Shown here piece after piece: positions 18,704 to 27,831 of a DNA stretch of 38,456 nt (position 1 is its first letter; each line of letters starts with the position of its first letter). The notes beneath the pieces are model-generated. The model searched no databases. It was not told the DNA's origin and saw only the letters and a program-made list of their open reading frames with translations. Origin of the DNA: a virus. Taxonomy: Duplodnaviria > Caudoviricetes. The position numbers were made by a program, and so were the translations under genes. The stretch is from the IMG/VR virus record IMGVR_UViG_3300012942_000084, positions 1 to 38,456 of that record. One strand, given 5' to 3'.

Positions 18704-18894
18704 TACTTCCTCCAAGGCTTCGGATCGATGGTGGTGGCGGCCAGGACCTCGTCGGCATCCCAGACGTTGATGGTTGCCCGACCCAGCCGGATCTGCCCGA
18801 CACGATGCAAGCCGCGGCGTTGAGCCCAGGTGCGGAACGAGCCCTCGGCAACGCCGACCAGGCGTGCCGCTTGAGCCGTGGTCACCCGGGTCAT
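18703..18894 (-). CDS. Small HTH DNA-binding protein (MerR/excisionase-like)
   Basis: TTAQAARLVGVAEGSFRTWAQR; ATGA-coupled. Confidence 0.75.
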   Translation of the reverse strand: MTRVTTAQAARLVGVAEGSFRTWAQRRGLHRVGQIRLGRATINVWDADEVLAATTIDPKPWRK

Positions 18895-20039
18895 GCGAGG
18901 TCTCCCCAGGGGTCGCCGGATCCGTCGGCCAGGTCGGCCATGTGCCAGGTCGAGGGGCGGCCGTCGACGTCGACGCAGGACGGGCGAAGGCAGTGCACGA
19001 GATCGGTGACCGGGTCGCGGCGCAACGAGTCCGCCCCGCACGTCGGGCACGCCCACCGCAGCCACCGCCGGCGGCCGGACCGGATCCGCCGGCACGAACT
19101 GTGTGCGCACGACGTGCAGACCGGCCCGAGCCGTTGCCCAGGCAACGCCGGCCATCGGACCGACCAGCACGACGGATGCTCACAACCGGCCTGCTCGCAC
19201 ACCGGGCCAGCCGAGACCAGGCGAGCCGGCATCGACCACTTGTGATCAGGGTTCGGCAACTCCGGCAGACGTTCGAGCGGCAGCTCGTGACCCGTCAGGG
19301 TGAGCGCGCGCTGGTGCCAGCCGCGAACCCGCGACTCGATCAGTCCCTGCGTGCGGATCTCCCGTTCGCCGGTGATCTTCACCCCGAGCGGGTGATCCCG
19401 GTCGGCGAGCAGCTGCACCAGGCCAGGCAAGGCCTGCAGCGCGTGACGCCCGGCCTGCTCGAGGGCGAGCGACGTGATCGGCAGATCCTGATTGAGCCAC
19501 TCGACCTCGAGGCCGGCGATCGCCAGGCACGATGGATGCTCGCACCACAAGTCACGACACACAGGGCCGCACACCGGTGAGGCCGTACGCGGCCGCACTG
19601 GCCGCAGCCTCTTGCGGTTCACCGCGATCGTCGCCGGCTCCAAGCCCAACGTCTGCCGTCCTTCCCGTTGGGCACGCACCGCACCACGCAGCAGCTCGTC
19701 GAGCAGCTCGGCGGCGGCCGGCGACCACGGCGCCGGCGACCCTGCCGCGGCACCGCGAGCATGCTGGCCGGTCGATCGGCCGGCGGCGCGGATCATCGAT
19801 GGGGCGTCGGGTGCCGGCATCATCTCCTGGCCCGGCTTCGACAGCTCCGCCAGCCTGTCCAGCAGCGACTGGCGCCGACCGTGCACGCCATGGGTGCACT
19901 GCTGCCACCGGGTCGGCCGACACACGTGGTCGACCGGTGGCGGCGACGCCACCCCGCGCAGCAGCTCGTCGACGACGTCCTCCAACGACTTACGCCGAAC
20001 GAAGCCGATCACCGGATCCGCACTCACAGCTGCCGTCAC
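18891..20039 (-). CDS. Cys/His-repeat putative zinc-binding protein
   Basis: Three GPVC..C.H.SC repeats plus CPTCG...C...C; GTGA-coupled. Confidence 0.75.
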   Translation of the reverse strand: MTAAVSADPVIGFVRRKSLEDVVDELLRGVASPPPVDHVCRPTRWQQCTHGVHGRRQSLLDRLAELSKPGQEMMPAPDAPSMIRAAGRSTGQHARGAAAGSPAPWSPAAAELLDELLRGAVRAQREGRQTLGLEPATIAVNRKRLRPVRPRTASPVCGPVCRDLWCEHPSCLAIAGLEVEWLNQDLPITSLALEQAGRHALQALPGLVQLLADRDHPLGVKITGEREIRTQGLIESRVRGWHQRALTLTGHELPLERLPELPNPDHKWSMPARLVSAGPVCEQAGCEHPSCWSVRWPALPGQRLGPVCTSCAHSSCRRIRSGRRRWLRWACPTCGADSLRRDPVTDLVHCLRPSCVDVDGRPSTWHMADLADGSGDPWGDLA

Positions 20040-20602
20040 CCTTGCTCCCCACACGTCGGATGCGTCCGCTCACCAGAGGCGTATAGCTGCGCATCCATCA
20101 CCAACCCGCACACCCGGCAATGGGGTACGGGATCCTTCGGCGGCGCCGCGACACGGTGCGCTCGAGGGCACGTCGCCGCGTGCGCCCGGTACGCCGGCTG
20201 CTCCAGCGGCAGATCCTGATTCCCGGACACGAACGCCAGCACCACCGAACCCGACGGACGTAGCCGGACGTTCCCGGCCGCCGTCGGCAACGGGTCGATC
20301 GGCATCAGGCGGCCACGGGTCGTGCGGACCCACCGCACGGGCTGACCGCACCACCGGCACTGGCCGGCGGCGTGTGCGGACGATGCCCGGGCCGCCTTCT
20401 CCGTCGCTTCGACCAGGAGCGACGCGACCTCGGTCCACTCGATATCCGACAACGACGACGCGTCACCGGCCTCGAGCAACTCAGCACGCGTACGAGCACC
20501 CGACCGGCCACGCAGCTCCGAGACCACCAAGCCTCGACCGACCGCGATCCGTGCGATGTCCCGAGCTGCAGGTGACACCGTGCGTGAACCCAACTGACCC
20601 AT
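20036..20602 (-). CDS. Hypothetical zinc-finger protein
   Basis: CRWCGQPVRW....G..MPID...GNV...H.ATCP and CRVCG...HPTC. Confidence 0.7.
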   Translation of the reverse strand: MGQLGSRTVSPAARDIARIAVGRGLVVSELRGRSGARTRAELLEAGDASSLSDIEWTEVASLLVEATEKAARASSAHAAGQCRWCGQPVRWVRTTRGRLMPIDPLPTAAGNVRLRPSGSVVLAFVSGNQDLPLEQPAYRAHAATCPRAHRVAAPPKDPVPHCRVCGLVMDAQLYASGERTHPTCGEQG

Positions 20603-20608
20603 GAAGGA

Positions 20609-21784
20609 TCACCTCCGAGACCGCCTCCCACGACGACGGCCAGAAGATGACTGCTCTCCCGAGCGGAATCCCGGAAGATCACCAGACCCACCACCAGGCA
20701 GGCTGGCGCCCGGCCCTACCCGAACCGACCCGTCCCGTCCCGGGCCGCACCCTGTCGATCCGCTCGGATCTGCTGGAATCTGCAGATCCGGCGGGTCGGG
20801 TGCGGCCCAGGCGGGCGGTGCGGTCGGTGGACCATGTCCCCAGGTCGTCGAAGCGGGATCCGGTGAAGGGGTGTCGCCGGGTCGCTCTTGCGGGCGCGCG
20901 GTATCCGGTGCGGGTGCACCAGGTCGCGCAGGTCGCGCGGTATCCGGCGAGGATGCCTCGCCGGGTCGCGCCGGTGTTACGGGTCGCGCGGTATCCGTCT
21001 CGTCATGGGGTCGCGCATGCTGCTCCACGGCGCCCGGGGCCGTCGCCTCCGGTTGCCGGTGCGGTGTCCTGGTCCGTCGACCGGGGTCGCACTGTCCCGC
21101 GCCTGCCGGGCCGGCCGGCCCGGTAGGTTGCGGCTCGACGATCGGCACACCGTGGCTGGCCAGCCACTTGATCGTCGAGGACGAGTAGTAGGGGTTGTCG
21201 GGTGCGGGTCGCAGCGGCATCTCGTCGTCCGCGGTGACCTTGTCGCTGCGTCGGGCGTTGCAGCCACGACACGACACGACATACGTGTCCACGGTCGCGG
21301 CCTTGCCCGGCTCCCGGTGGTCGTATGTCGCGCCGCGAGCGCCTTTGCGGTTGCCCCAGTAGACGACCTGGGCGCAGTACCGGCAGGTGTCGCCGTCACG
21401 GACACGGACTGGCACTGTCAGCTCCGGGTTGGCGGCGTCGCGGCGGCGTTGCCGGTCCCACTCGACCTCCTCGCGGAGGCGGATGTGGAGGAACTCCGGG
21501 TCGTCGACGAGGCGCCAGAACTTGCTGCGTCCGGTGCCGTGCTCGGTCATGATCCCGGCCGAAACACACTGCCGTAACAGGATCTTCGTGCGGTTGCCGG
21601 CGAGTGATGTCGCGGTGCCAAGGCTGACGCGGTAATCGGTCATGTGCCCGGCCGACTCCAGCGCGCACCGCACCGCGAACCCGAAAGCCTCGTTCATCGT
21701 CCGGTCGTCGCTCTTCGGGACAGTGAGGAGCGCCATCACCAGCGGATGGGTCGCCGCGTTGTCGCCGCCTTTCAGCCAGGGCAC
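20609..21784 (-). CDS. Replication initiator-like protein with HNH domain and Pro-rich tail
   Basis: MPWLK..D....HP N-terminus typical of actinophage replication proteins; RDG..CRYC...DH...CRGCN HNH; AGGAG RBS. Confidence 0.75.
   Translation of the reverse strand: MPWLKGGDNAATHPLVMALLTVPKSDDRTMNEAFGFAVRCALESAGHMTDYRVSLGTATSLAGNRTKILLRQCVSAGIMTEHGTGRSKFWRLVDDPEFLHIRLREEVEWDRQRRRDAANPELTVPVRVRDGDTCRYCAQVVYWGNRKGARGATYDHREPGKAATVDTYVVSCRGCNARRSDKVTADDEMPLRPAPDNPYYSSSTIKWLASHGVPIVEPQPTGPAGPAGAGQCDPGRRTRTPHRQPEATAPGAVEQHARPHDETDTARPVTPARPGEASSPDTARPARPGAPAPDTARPQERPGDTPSPDPASTTWGHGPPTAPPAWAAPDPPDLQIPADPSGSTGCGPGRDGSVRVGPGASLPGGGSGDLPGFRSGEQSSSGRRRGRRSRR
20895..21016. repeat. Direct repeats within replication gene (candidate iterons)
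   Basis: CGCGCGGTATCCG at 20895, 20934, 20985; GGTCGCGC at 20922, 20931, 20964, 20982, 21009. Confidence 0.6.
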
Positions 21785-21852
21785 GAGTCTCCTTCCTCCG
21801 GAGGCACATTCGGACGGTCACGATCACAGGGGCCGGCGTGTTCATGGCGGCA

Positions 21853-22506
21853 TCAGTCCGCGACTCCCAGCACGCGCGCGGCTTGTTCGACGAGGTCCCA
21901 TTGGGCGCGGGACCCAGTCGCCATGTCGGGGTGTGCTTTGCGTCGCGCGACCCTAAAGACGTGCAGCAACGAGTGCGGGTCGGTGTTCAGGTGCTCGGGC
22001 CGCAAGTTCGCTTGCTGGGCGAACACCGCGATTGCCTGCTCGCGCGTCATCGCTGCGGCGCTCTTCGCTTCGATCTGCCGGTAGCCGACGTACTGCTCAC
22101 CCGATGACGTCGCGCCATACCGGTCGACAGCGCGCAGCGCCTCGAGGGTGAGCGCGATCGCGCGCACGTTGTGCTGCCACAGCCGCTGCATCCCATCCCG
22201 GGCGTACGGGCGAGCGTTGTACCGGTCGCACCGGAACATCAGCGGGCCGCGGCGTGACTCGAACGCGATCGCTACGGCGTTCGTGGCCAGGCTGGCGTTG
22301 GCGCGCAGCTGGCCGTCGAGGCGGATGTCCTGTTCGGTGCAGTCGACCATCAGCACCGGGTCGTCCATGCCGTGGGTCTGCAAGGTGTAGACCTCACGCT
22401 CGAGCAGGTCCAGTGTGTTGGTCCAGGTCGCGGTGAACTTGGACCGCTCGCGAGGAGCGGCGCCGATGAATGCCCGGTCCGTCAACGGGCGCACCGTCAG
22501 CTTCAT
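21853..22506 (-). CDS. J-domain (DnaJ-like, HPD) phage protein
   Basis: W.HNVRAIALTLEALRAVDRYG...QY.GY plus C-terminal ARRKAHPD. Confidence 0.82.
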   Translation of the reverse strand: MKLTVRPLTDRAFIGAAPRERSKFTATWTNTLDLLEREVYTLQTHGMDDPVLMVDCTEQDIRLDGQLRANASLATNAVAIAFESRRGPLMFRCDRYNARPYARDGMQRLWQHNVRAIALTLEALRAVDRYGATSSGEQYVGYRQIEAKSAAAMTREQAIAVFAQQANLRPEHLNTDPHSLLHVFRVARRKAHPDMATGSRAQWDLVEQAARVLGVAD

Positions 22507-22862
22507 CCTTCGACCTCGAGCGTGCACGGCCCGTTGTGCGCCTCGTGGAAGTCCGCCAGGTGCCCGCAGCCGACGCAGACACCGTTACCGCTCGGCGACA
22601 GCTCCTCGCACCCACACTGGCGCAGAGCCACTGCCCCAGACGCCGGGCGGGCATGGAACATCCCATCCGGGATCCCGGCCGCCCTGGTCTCTTCCGCGGG
22701 CGGGGTCGTGATCGCCTCACACAACTGCCTGACCACCTCGACCAGCGCGAGAGTGGCATGAGCCTGAGCCCGGTCGAGCATGAACTGCGTCCAAGGCCCG
22801 GCTTCTTCACCGTTGGCGTTCTCGATGTCCGCGAGCGCGGCGGCGACATAATCCCGGCTCAC
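22503..22862 (-). CDS. Hypothetical protein with Cys/His C-terminus
   Basis: Coupled at both ends; AQAHATLAL motif; CGC...C..CGH...H. Confidence 0.7.
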   Translation of the reverse strand: MSRDYVAAALADIENANGEEAGPWTQFMLDRAQAHATLALVEVVRQLCEAITTPPAEETRAAGIPDGMFHARPASGAVALRQCGCEELSPSGNGVCVGCGHLADFHEAHNGPCTLEVEG

Positions 22863-24349
22863 GACGCCGCCCCGGCGTTGCCATCGATCAGGGACTGCTC
22901 GAAATCGGACCACTTGTAGCCCCAGATCCTCGGGACGTCCTGCAGCCAGTTCCCGCAGATCGAGTAGTTCTCGGTGTCCTTCCAGCCGGATGCCGTTGTC
23001 GCGAGCGAATCCTCTGCGGACAGGTTCAGCTCCGAGACGAGAACGAGCTGGACGGCGGTCATGCCGTCGATGGCCTTGCGGATCCGGTCCGCCAGGCCCG
23101 GTCGGTCGAGGGAATCTTGGGTGGCGTTCGGTAGCACCACCTCGGCGAGGATCCGTTGCTCTTTCAGCGCCCACTGCGTCTTGCCGGCAAGGACGGTCTT
23201 CAGCTTCCGCATGATCAAGGCCCTGGCGACGTCCTCGGCCTCGGGTGCGTTGATCACGTCGCCGAGGAAGTGGCGGCGGGCGACTGCGGTCGCGCCGAGC
23301 TGCAGTTGCAGCTCGGCGCGGGCACGTTCCTCCTGCTCCCGTGTTTCGCGACGACGCGCGGCCTCCTCTTCGGACAACGTCGAGGTCGCTTCGGTGGCGC
23401 CGGCGGCGGTGCTGTCGTGTGGGTGCCGCAACGGTTCAGCGCAACCATGCTCGACGAAGATCCGGTTGCCGTAGACCTCGACGTGGGCGAACGCGCCGGG
23501 GCAGTCCTTGTGCGCCTCGACCGCGACCCGTTTCCATTCCTGGTCGTTTGCGCTGTCCGGGTCCAGATCGTCCGCGGCGCCTAAGGCTGATGCCGGCAGG
23601 TCTTCCAAGGCGACCCAGTCATCCAGGTCGTCGGTCTGCTCCCGGCTCAGGATCCGGATGCCCTTCGCCTTGAGGTCCTTCTTGATCTTCGCGAGCTCGC
23701 GCTCGTTCTTCTTACGCATCTCGAGCTCGGCGAGCTGGTTGTCGAACTGCCACTTGCCCAGATCCGCGGCCTTCTGCAGCTGGCCGATCGCCGCGGCATC
23801 GCCCGCGAACTTCGCCATGCGCTGCGCATCCTCGAGCGTGAGCTGACCCTCGCTGATCCGCTCACGTGCCGACTCCGGCAGCCCGGCCACCTTCACCAGC
23901 GCCGCGACCTTCGTCTTCGGCCGAGACACTCGCTGGGAGATCGTGGCCGTGTCCCAGCCGAGGTCGAGCAGCTCCTGGTAGGCGTCGCCCTCCTCCACCG
24001 CCGTGAGGCCGGCGCGCTGCAGGTTCTCCACGAGCATCCGGGCGACCTGGTCCTCCAGCGAGGAGGCCTCCGGTTGCACCATCGCCGGCAGGGACGTCAG
24101 ACCGGCCGCCTGCGCGGCCGCCAGGCGCCGGTGCCCGTGGATCAGCAACCACTTTCGGGCGCCGGGCTCGGTGTCGTCCGGGAACGGTTCGACCACGATT
24201 GGCTCGAGCACGCCCTGCTCAGCGATCGAGGCGGTCAGTTCCTTCAGGTCACCGAGCGAGTGCCGCGGGTTCTTCGGATGCGGTGCGATTGTGTCCGGGT
24301 CCAGGTCCTGCAGCGTCGCTGCCGGCCGAGTAGTAGCGGTTCTTGCCAT
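22859..24349 (-). CDS. ParB/RepB/Spo0J-family protein
   Basis: HPKNPR...L..SI...GVLEP, GHRR, ENLQR..L...EE..AY; HTH follows. Confidence 0.9.
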   Translation of the reverse strand: MARTATTRPAATLQDLDPDTIAPHPKNPRHSLGDLKELTASIAEQGVLEPIVVEPFPDDTEPGARKWLLIHGHRRLAAAQAAGLTSLPAMVQPEASSLEDQVARMLVENLQRAGLTAVEEGDAYQELLDLGWDTATISQRVSRPKTKVAALVKVAGLPESARERISEGQLTLEDAQRMAKFAGDAAAIGQLQKAADLGKWQFDNQLAELEMRKKNERELAKIKKDLKAKGIRILSREQTDDLDDWVALEDLPASALGAADDLDPDSANDQEWKRVAVEAHKDCPGAFAHVEVYGNRIFVEHGCAEPLRHPHDSTAAGATEATSTLSEEEAARRRETREQEERARAELQLQLGATAVARRHFLGDVINAPEAEDVARALIMRKLKTVLAGKTQWALKEQRILAEVVLPNATQDSLDRPGLADRIRKAIDGMTAVQLVLVSELNLSAEDSLATTASGWKDTENYSICGNWLQDVPRIWGYKWSDFEQSLIDGNAGAAS

Positions 24350-24387
24350 GAGTCTTGATCTCCAATACGGACGGAACGGATTGAGGG

Positions 24388-24669
24388 TTAACGGGATTCG
24401 GGTGCGCGCATCGGACGCACCCATGTGCCTGGGCCGGGCCGGCGAGACAGGACGTCGTGCAGCATTGCCAGCACTTCGAGCCGGAACGCCGGATCCTCCT
24501 GAAGGTCGTGACCGATCCGGTGCCTCACAGACCGCGCGACGAGCTCAGCCGTGGCCCGGCCGGTTCCCGGGCTGACGTGCGAGATCCACGTGCCGATTCC
24601 GGAGCTGATGCCGGAGAGGTACACGTTGAGCAAGTCCTCATCGGTGACTGTGAAAGTCTGCTTGTCCAT
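24388..24669 (-). CDS. Hypothetical protein (93 aa)
   Basis: ATG 24669 with GGAGGAG RBS. Confidence 0.7.
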   Translation of the reverse strand: MDKQTFTVTDEDLLNVYLSGISSGIGTWISHVSPGTGRATAELVARSVRHRIGHDLQEDPAFRLEVLAMLHDVLSRRPGPGTWVRPMRAPESR

Positions 24670-24673
24670 CGCG

Positions 24674-25498
24674 TTACTCCTCCGCCTCGGCCCCGGCCCC
24701 GGACGGCGGTGCGTCGACGACACGCAGCTCGACACGTGCGTCGTCGGCGGCACCCGAGTCGGCGCGTGGTGGGAGCATCCGATCCGGCAGGCGATTCGCC
24801 CAGTGCTCCCACGCCTCGAGCGCGTCCGTATCGTCGGCAAGGATCTGCTCACGCACATCGCGGGCGGTGACCAGGCCGATGAAGCTCTCACCGACCGTGA
24901 CAACCCCCACAAACCGGCCGTCCGCGACCTGCACCAGCCGCAGCACCGGCGCCGCACCATAGGCCTTCCCGGCCGTCACGAACGCCGCGAGCGCCGGCCC
25001 GGACAGACCGAGGGGTTCCGCGGCATACGACGTGATCTCGGTCTCGGCGCGGTGCACGTTCGACCCGAGGTACCCGGGCAGCTCCGGGTAGCCGTCAACC
25101 GGTTCCGCGAGCGGCACCACCAGCGACTCGGTGCCGGCGAACAGGCCCGAGATGTCGTGGGTGACAACCGAGTCCGTCTGGACGTCGAACAGGATGGTTT
25201 GCTCGACCTCCTCACCGGAGACCTTGCGAACCTTATGGACCGCCAGGATCTTCTTGGCCTCGTCCGGGCCCAGGTCGAACGCCGGGAACCTGCCCTCGTC
25301 GTCCGGGAGCAGGGTGTCGTCCGTCATGGTCGACACAACCGCGAGCCCGACCGTGATCGTGTTCGTGGCGCCGATCATGACGTTGATCGGGTCGACCCAG
25401 AACCGGATCCGCCCGAACCGGCCACCGTCGTCCTCCGTGTGCGGCAGGACCGCCGCGATCGCCGCCCGCAGATCGCGCAGCTCGACCTGGAACTTCAC
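24674..25498 (-). CDS. Putative sliding-clamp (DnaN)-like fold protein
   Basis: DLRAAIAAVLPH...IRF...ATN..T.G and later YP pattern recall phage clamp-like proteins; GTGA-coupled to whiB. Confidence 0.5.
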   Translation of the reverse strand: MKFQVELRDLRAAIAAVLPHTEDDGGRFGRIRFWVDPINVMIGATNTITVGLAVVSTMTDDTLLPDDEGRFPAFDLGPDEAKKILAVHKVRKVSGEEVEQTILFDVQTDSVVTHDISGLFAGTESLVVPLAEPVDGYPELPGYLGSNVHRAETEITSYAAEPLGLSGPALAAFVTAGKAYGAAPVLRLVQVADGRFVGVVTVGESFIGLVTARDVREQILADDTDALEAWEHWANRLPDRMLPPRADSGAADDARVELRVVDAPPSGAGAEAEE

Positions 25499-25782
25499 GA
25501 GGTCGCCGCCTTCCGGTTGCGCCGCCGGATCGTGCCGCGCTCCCACGGTGTGCACCCGCCCCAAATCCCGTGCCGCTCCTTGCGGGTCATCGCCTCGTCG
25601 AAGCACTCCCAGACCACCGGGCAGGACCGGCATACACGGATCGCGGACGCGACCGCGGCCGCGTCCGAAGGGTGCGGGAAGAACAGGTCCGGATCCACGC
25701 GCAGGCATGCCGCCTGCAGCCGCCACTCCTGGCCCGCGGCCGGAGGACGGTGACCGGAGTCCTGCAACGCCGGCGCGGTCAT
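25495..25782 (-). CDS. whiB: WhiB-family transcription factor
   Basis: W...AAC...DPDLFFP, C..CPV..EC, GIWGG, ER. Confidence 0.95.
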   Translation of the reverse strand: MTAPALQDSGHRPPAAGQEWRLQAACLRVDPDLFFPHPSDAAAVASAIRVCRSCPVVWECFDEAMTRKERHGIWGGCTPWERGTIRRRNRKAATS

Positions 25783-26498
25783 GACGGCTGTCCGTCGTGA
25801 CCGTCGGCGTACGCGACCGGCATGCCGACTGCGAGCGCGACGTCACGTTCGAGGCGGGCGCCGCGGGAGTGCCACCAGTCCTCGAGCATGAGGATCGAGT
25901 CGCAACCGAGGAGGACGAGCAGGTCGGTGCGCATGAAGCACGTGGATGAGGTGTGCACGGTCGATGTGTCGCCGGGTGAGTACCCGTCCGGACACGCGGC
26001 GGCGTGGCTGAGCGGTTCAATATCGAACGGGTTCACCGGGTCTTTGCCGTCGTATGCCACGTCGAGCGCGGCGGCGCGGAACCGGTCGGCCGCGTCGGGG
26101 ACGCCGGAGATCGGTCCCGACAGGTAGACGCGCTCGGTCGCGAAGTGGATGTCGCGGCGTTCGAGCGCCCCCAGCCAGGAGATGGCGACGGCTGCGACCT
26201 GGGTGAGTTCGGCCGACAGCGTGCTCGACCACGGGTCGTGTGCTTCGGCGAACGCCTCGGCAACCTCCTCGAGGAGGATCTGCCGCCACGTCACCCCACC
26301 GTTGCGGGCGGAATTGTCTGTGTCGCGGCGGGCCGTTCGGCAGATCGTTGACGCGTCGTCGTCGCGGGCGATCTGTGCCGCCCACCGGACATACCCGCCC
26401 GTGCCGGACGGGTGGTTCTGCTCGCCCCATTTCGCGTCCTGCCGGGTCCGCTCCTGGACCACCTGGGCGAGGATCCGCAGGTCCTGCAACGTCGTCAT
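25779..26498 (-). CDS. Fusion of MazG-like NTP pyrophosphatase and DUF4406 (NDT-like) domain
   Basis: RQDAKWGEQNH...ILLEEVAEA...EL.QVAAVA..W, then VYLSGPISG...NP...CD.I.ML..W..SRGA.LE...A. Confidence 0.8.
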   Translation of the reverse strand: MTTLQDLRILAQVVQERTRQDAKWGEQNHPSGTGGYVRWAAQIARDDDASTICRTARRDTDNSARNGGVTWRQILLEEVAEAFAEAHDPWSSTLSAELTQVAAVAISWLGALERRDIHFATERVYLSGPISGVPDAADRFRAAALDVAYDGKDPVNPFDIEPLSHAAACPDGYSPGDTSTVHTSSTCFMRTDLLVLLGCDSILMLEDWWHSRGARLERDVALAVGMPVAYADGHDGQPS

Positions 26499-27610
26499 GG
26501 CATCTCCCGGTCACAGCACGCGCACGTGCCCGTCTGTACCGAATCGGCGACGATCTTGCGACGCTCATCGGCGCGGATCACCTGCTCCCAGCACGCCCCG
26601 CACGCCGTCCGCGCAAGGTGTGTGCCGCGTGGGTGCCCGTTCTGGGCGCAGAGCTGACGGGCGAACGTCACCAGCCGGTGCGTCTCCGACAGGTGCGGGC
26701 CGGTGTCACGGTGGCCACGGGCCCGCCCCGAGACGGCGCGGCCGCGGGCGACCGCGTCCTGGACGCGCAGCTCGCCGGAGCGGACACGGCGCTGGTCTTC
26801 CGGGGTTAACGCGAGCAGCGCCAACCTCGAGGACACCCACACCTGGGACTTGCCGATCTTCGCGCCGACCTGCGAGTGCGTGGAGATCGAGTACTGCACC
26901 ATCAAGTGCTGCACCGCGCGCGCCTCCTGGATCGGGTCCAGGTCGCGACGCTGAGAGTTCTCGATCAGCATCGCCGCCAAGACCTCGGCGCGACCCATTT
27001 CCTCACGCACGACGCACGGCACCGTCGGCCAGCCGAGACGTTTGCACGCCGCGTGCCGGCGATGGCCGGCCACGATCTGCAGCGTCCCGTCCGGGCGACG
27101 CTGCGCCACGATCGGCTGCAGCAACCCGGCCTGCGTGATCGACGCGACCAGGTCGTCCAGGTCCGCGTTGATGTCCTCACGGGGATTGTCGGCATCCGGG
27201 TGCAAGTCGGCGACGGGCACGTCGACGAGTTCCTGCGCCGCGGCCGACGACGCGCCACGCATCACCGCCGGCTCGACCACGGGTGAGACCACGCCGGGCC
27301 GTTTGAACCGCTCGAACTTGCCGCGCGGCGCATACCCGACAGGCTCGTCGAAGTCGCGACCGAAGTCCGCCAGACCACGGTCCACGAGCGGCGACCGCGA
27401 CTCCGCCGGGGCGTTCGCTGCCTTCACCATGCCGGCCAGGACGTCCCGAGCCTTCATCATGTTGTCGAACACGGGATAGCCGTGGTGCGACGCGATGTCG
27501 AGCACTTCGCTGCGGCCGAGACCACACGTCTGCGCGGCCGCGTCCAGGTCCGGATTATCGACCAGCGCCTCGACGACCTCGAGGCGCACCTTCGCGTCAT
27601 ACGCAGTCAT
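26495..27610 (-). CDS. Second ParB/RepB/Spo0J-family protein
   Basis: DNPRE...L.ASI.QAGLLQP, AGHRR, EN.QRRDL.PI.EA, HTH, Cys-rich C-terminus. Confidence 0.9.
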   Translation of the reverse strand: MTAYDAKVRLEVVEALVDNPDLDAAAQTCGLGRSEVLDIASHHGYPVFDNMMKARDVLAGMVKAANAPAESRSPLVDRGLADFGRDFDEPVGYAPRGKFERFKRPGVVSPVVEPAVMRGASSAAAQELVDVPVADLHPDADNPREDINADLDDLVASITQAGLLQPIVAQRRPDGTLQIVAGHRRHAACKRLGWPTVPCVVREEMGRAEVLAAMLIENSQRRDLDPIQEARAVQHLMVQYSISTHSQVGAKIGKSQVWVSSRLALLALTPEDQRRVRSGELRVQDAVARGRAVSGRARGHRDTGPHLSETHRLVTFARQLCAQNGHPRGTHLARTACGACWEQVIRADERRKIVADSVQTGTCACCDREMP

Positions 27611-27831
27611 CACCGGACACCTCCCGCCACGGGCAGGTCGCCCTGGTCCTCGACCAGGAGCACACCGGTCAGGACGTCGGGGTCGGTCGCGATCTTCCGC
27701 AGCCGGGCAGCCATCCATTCGATGCCGTCACCCACACCCACGTGGTACGGGCACGTGTTCTCCATCGCTTCGCAGGCCGCGCAGTCCTCGGCGTCCGTGC
27801 GGTCGAAGTCCAGCAACACGTTGTGTGCCAT
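27610..27831 (-). CDS. Hypothetical protein (73 aa, CxxC...CxxH)
   Basis: TGATG-coupled at both ends. Confidence 0.65.
   Translation of the reverse strand: MAHNVLLDFDRTDAEDCAACEAMENTCPYHVGVGDGIEWMAARLRKIATDPDVLTGVLLVEDQGDLPVAGGVR

Noticed and set aside
20895-21016. CRISPR array
   Set aside because: Repeats are only 8-13 bp, irregularly spaced and inside a CDS; no cas genes.
21396-21845. 149-aa minus-strand ORF overlapping the replication gene
   Set aside because: Out-of-frame overlap with a motif-bearing gene; Arg/Pro-rich shadow composition.
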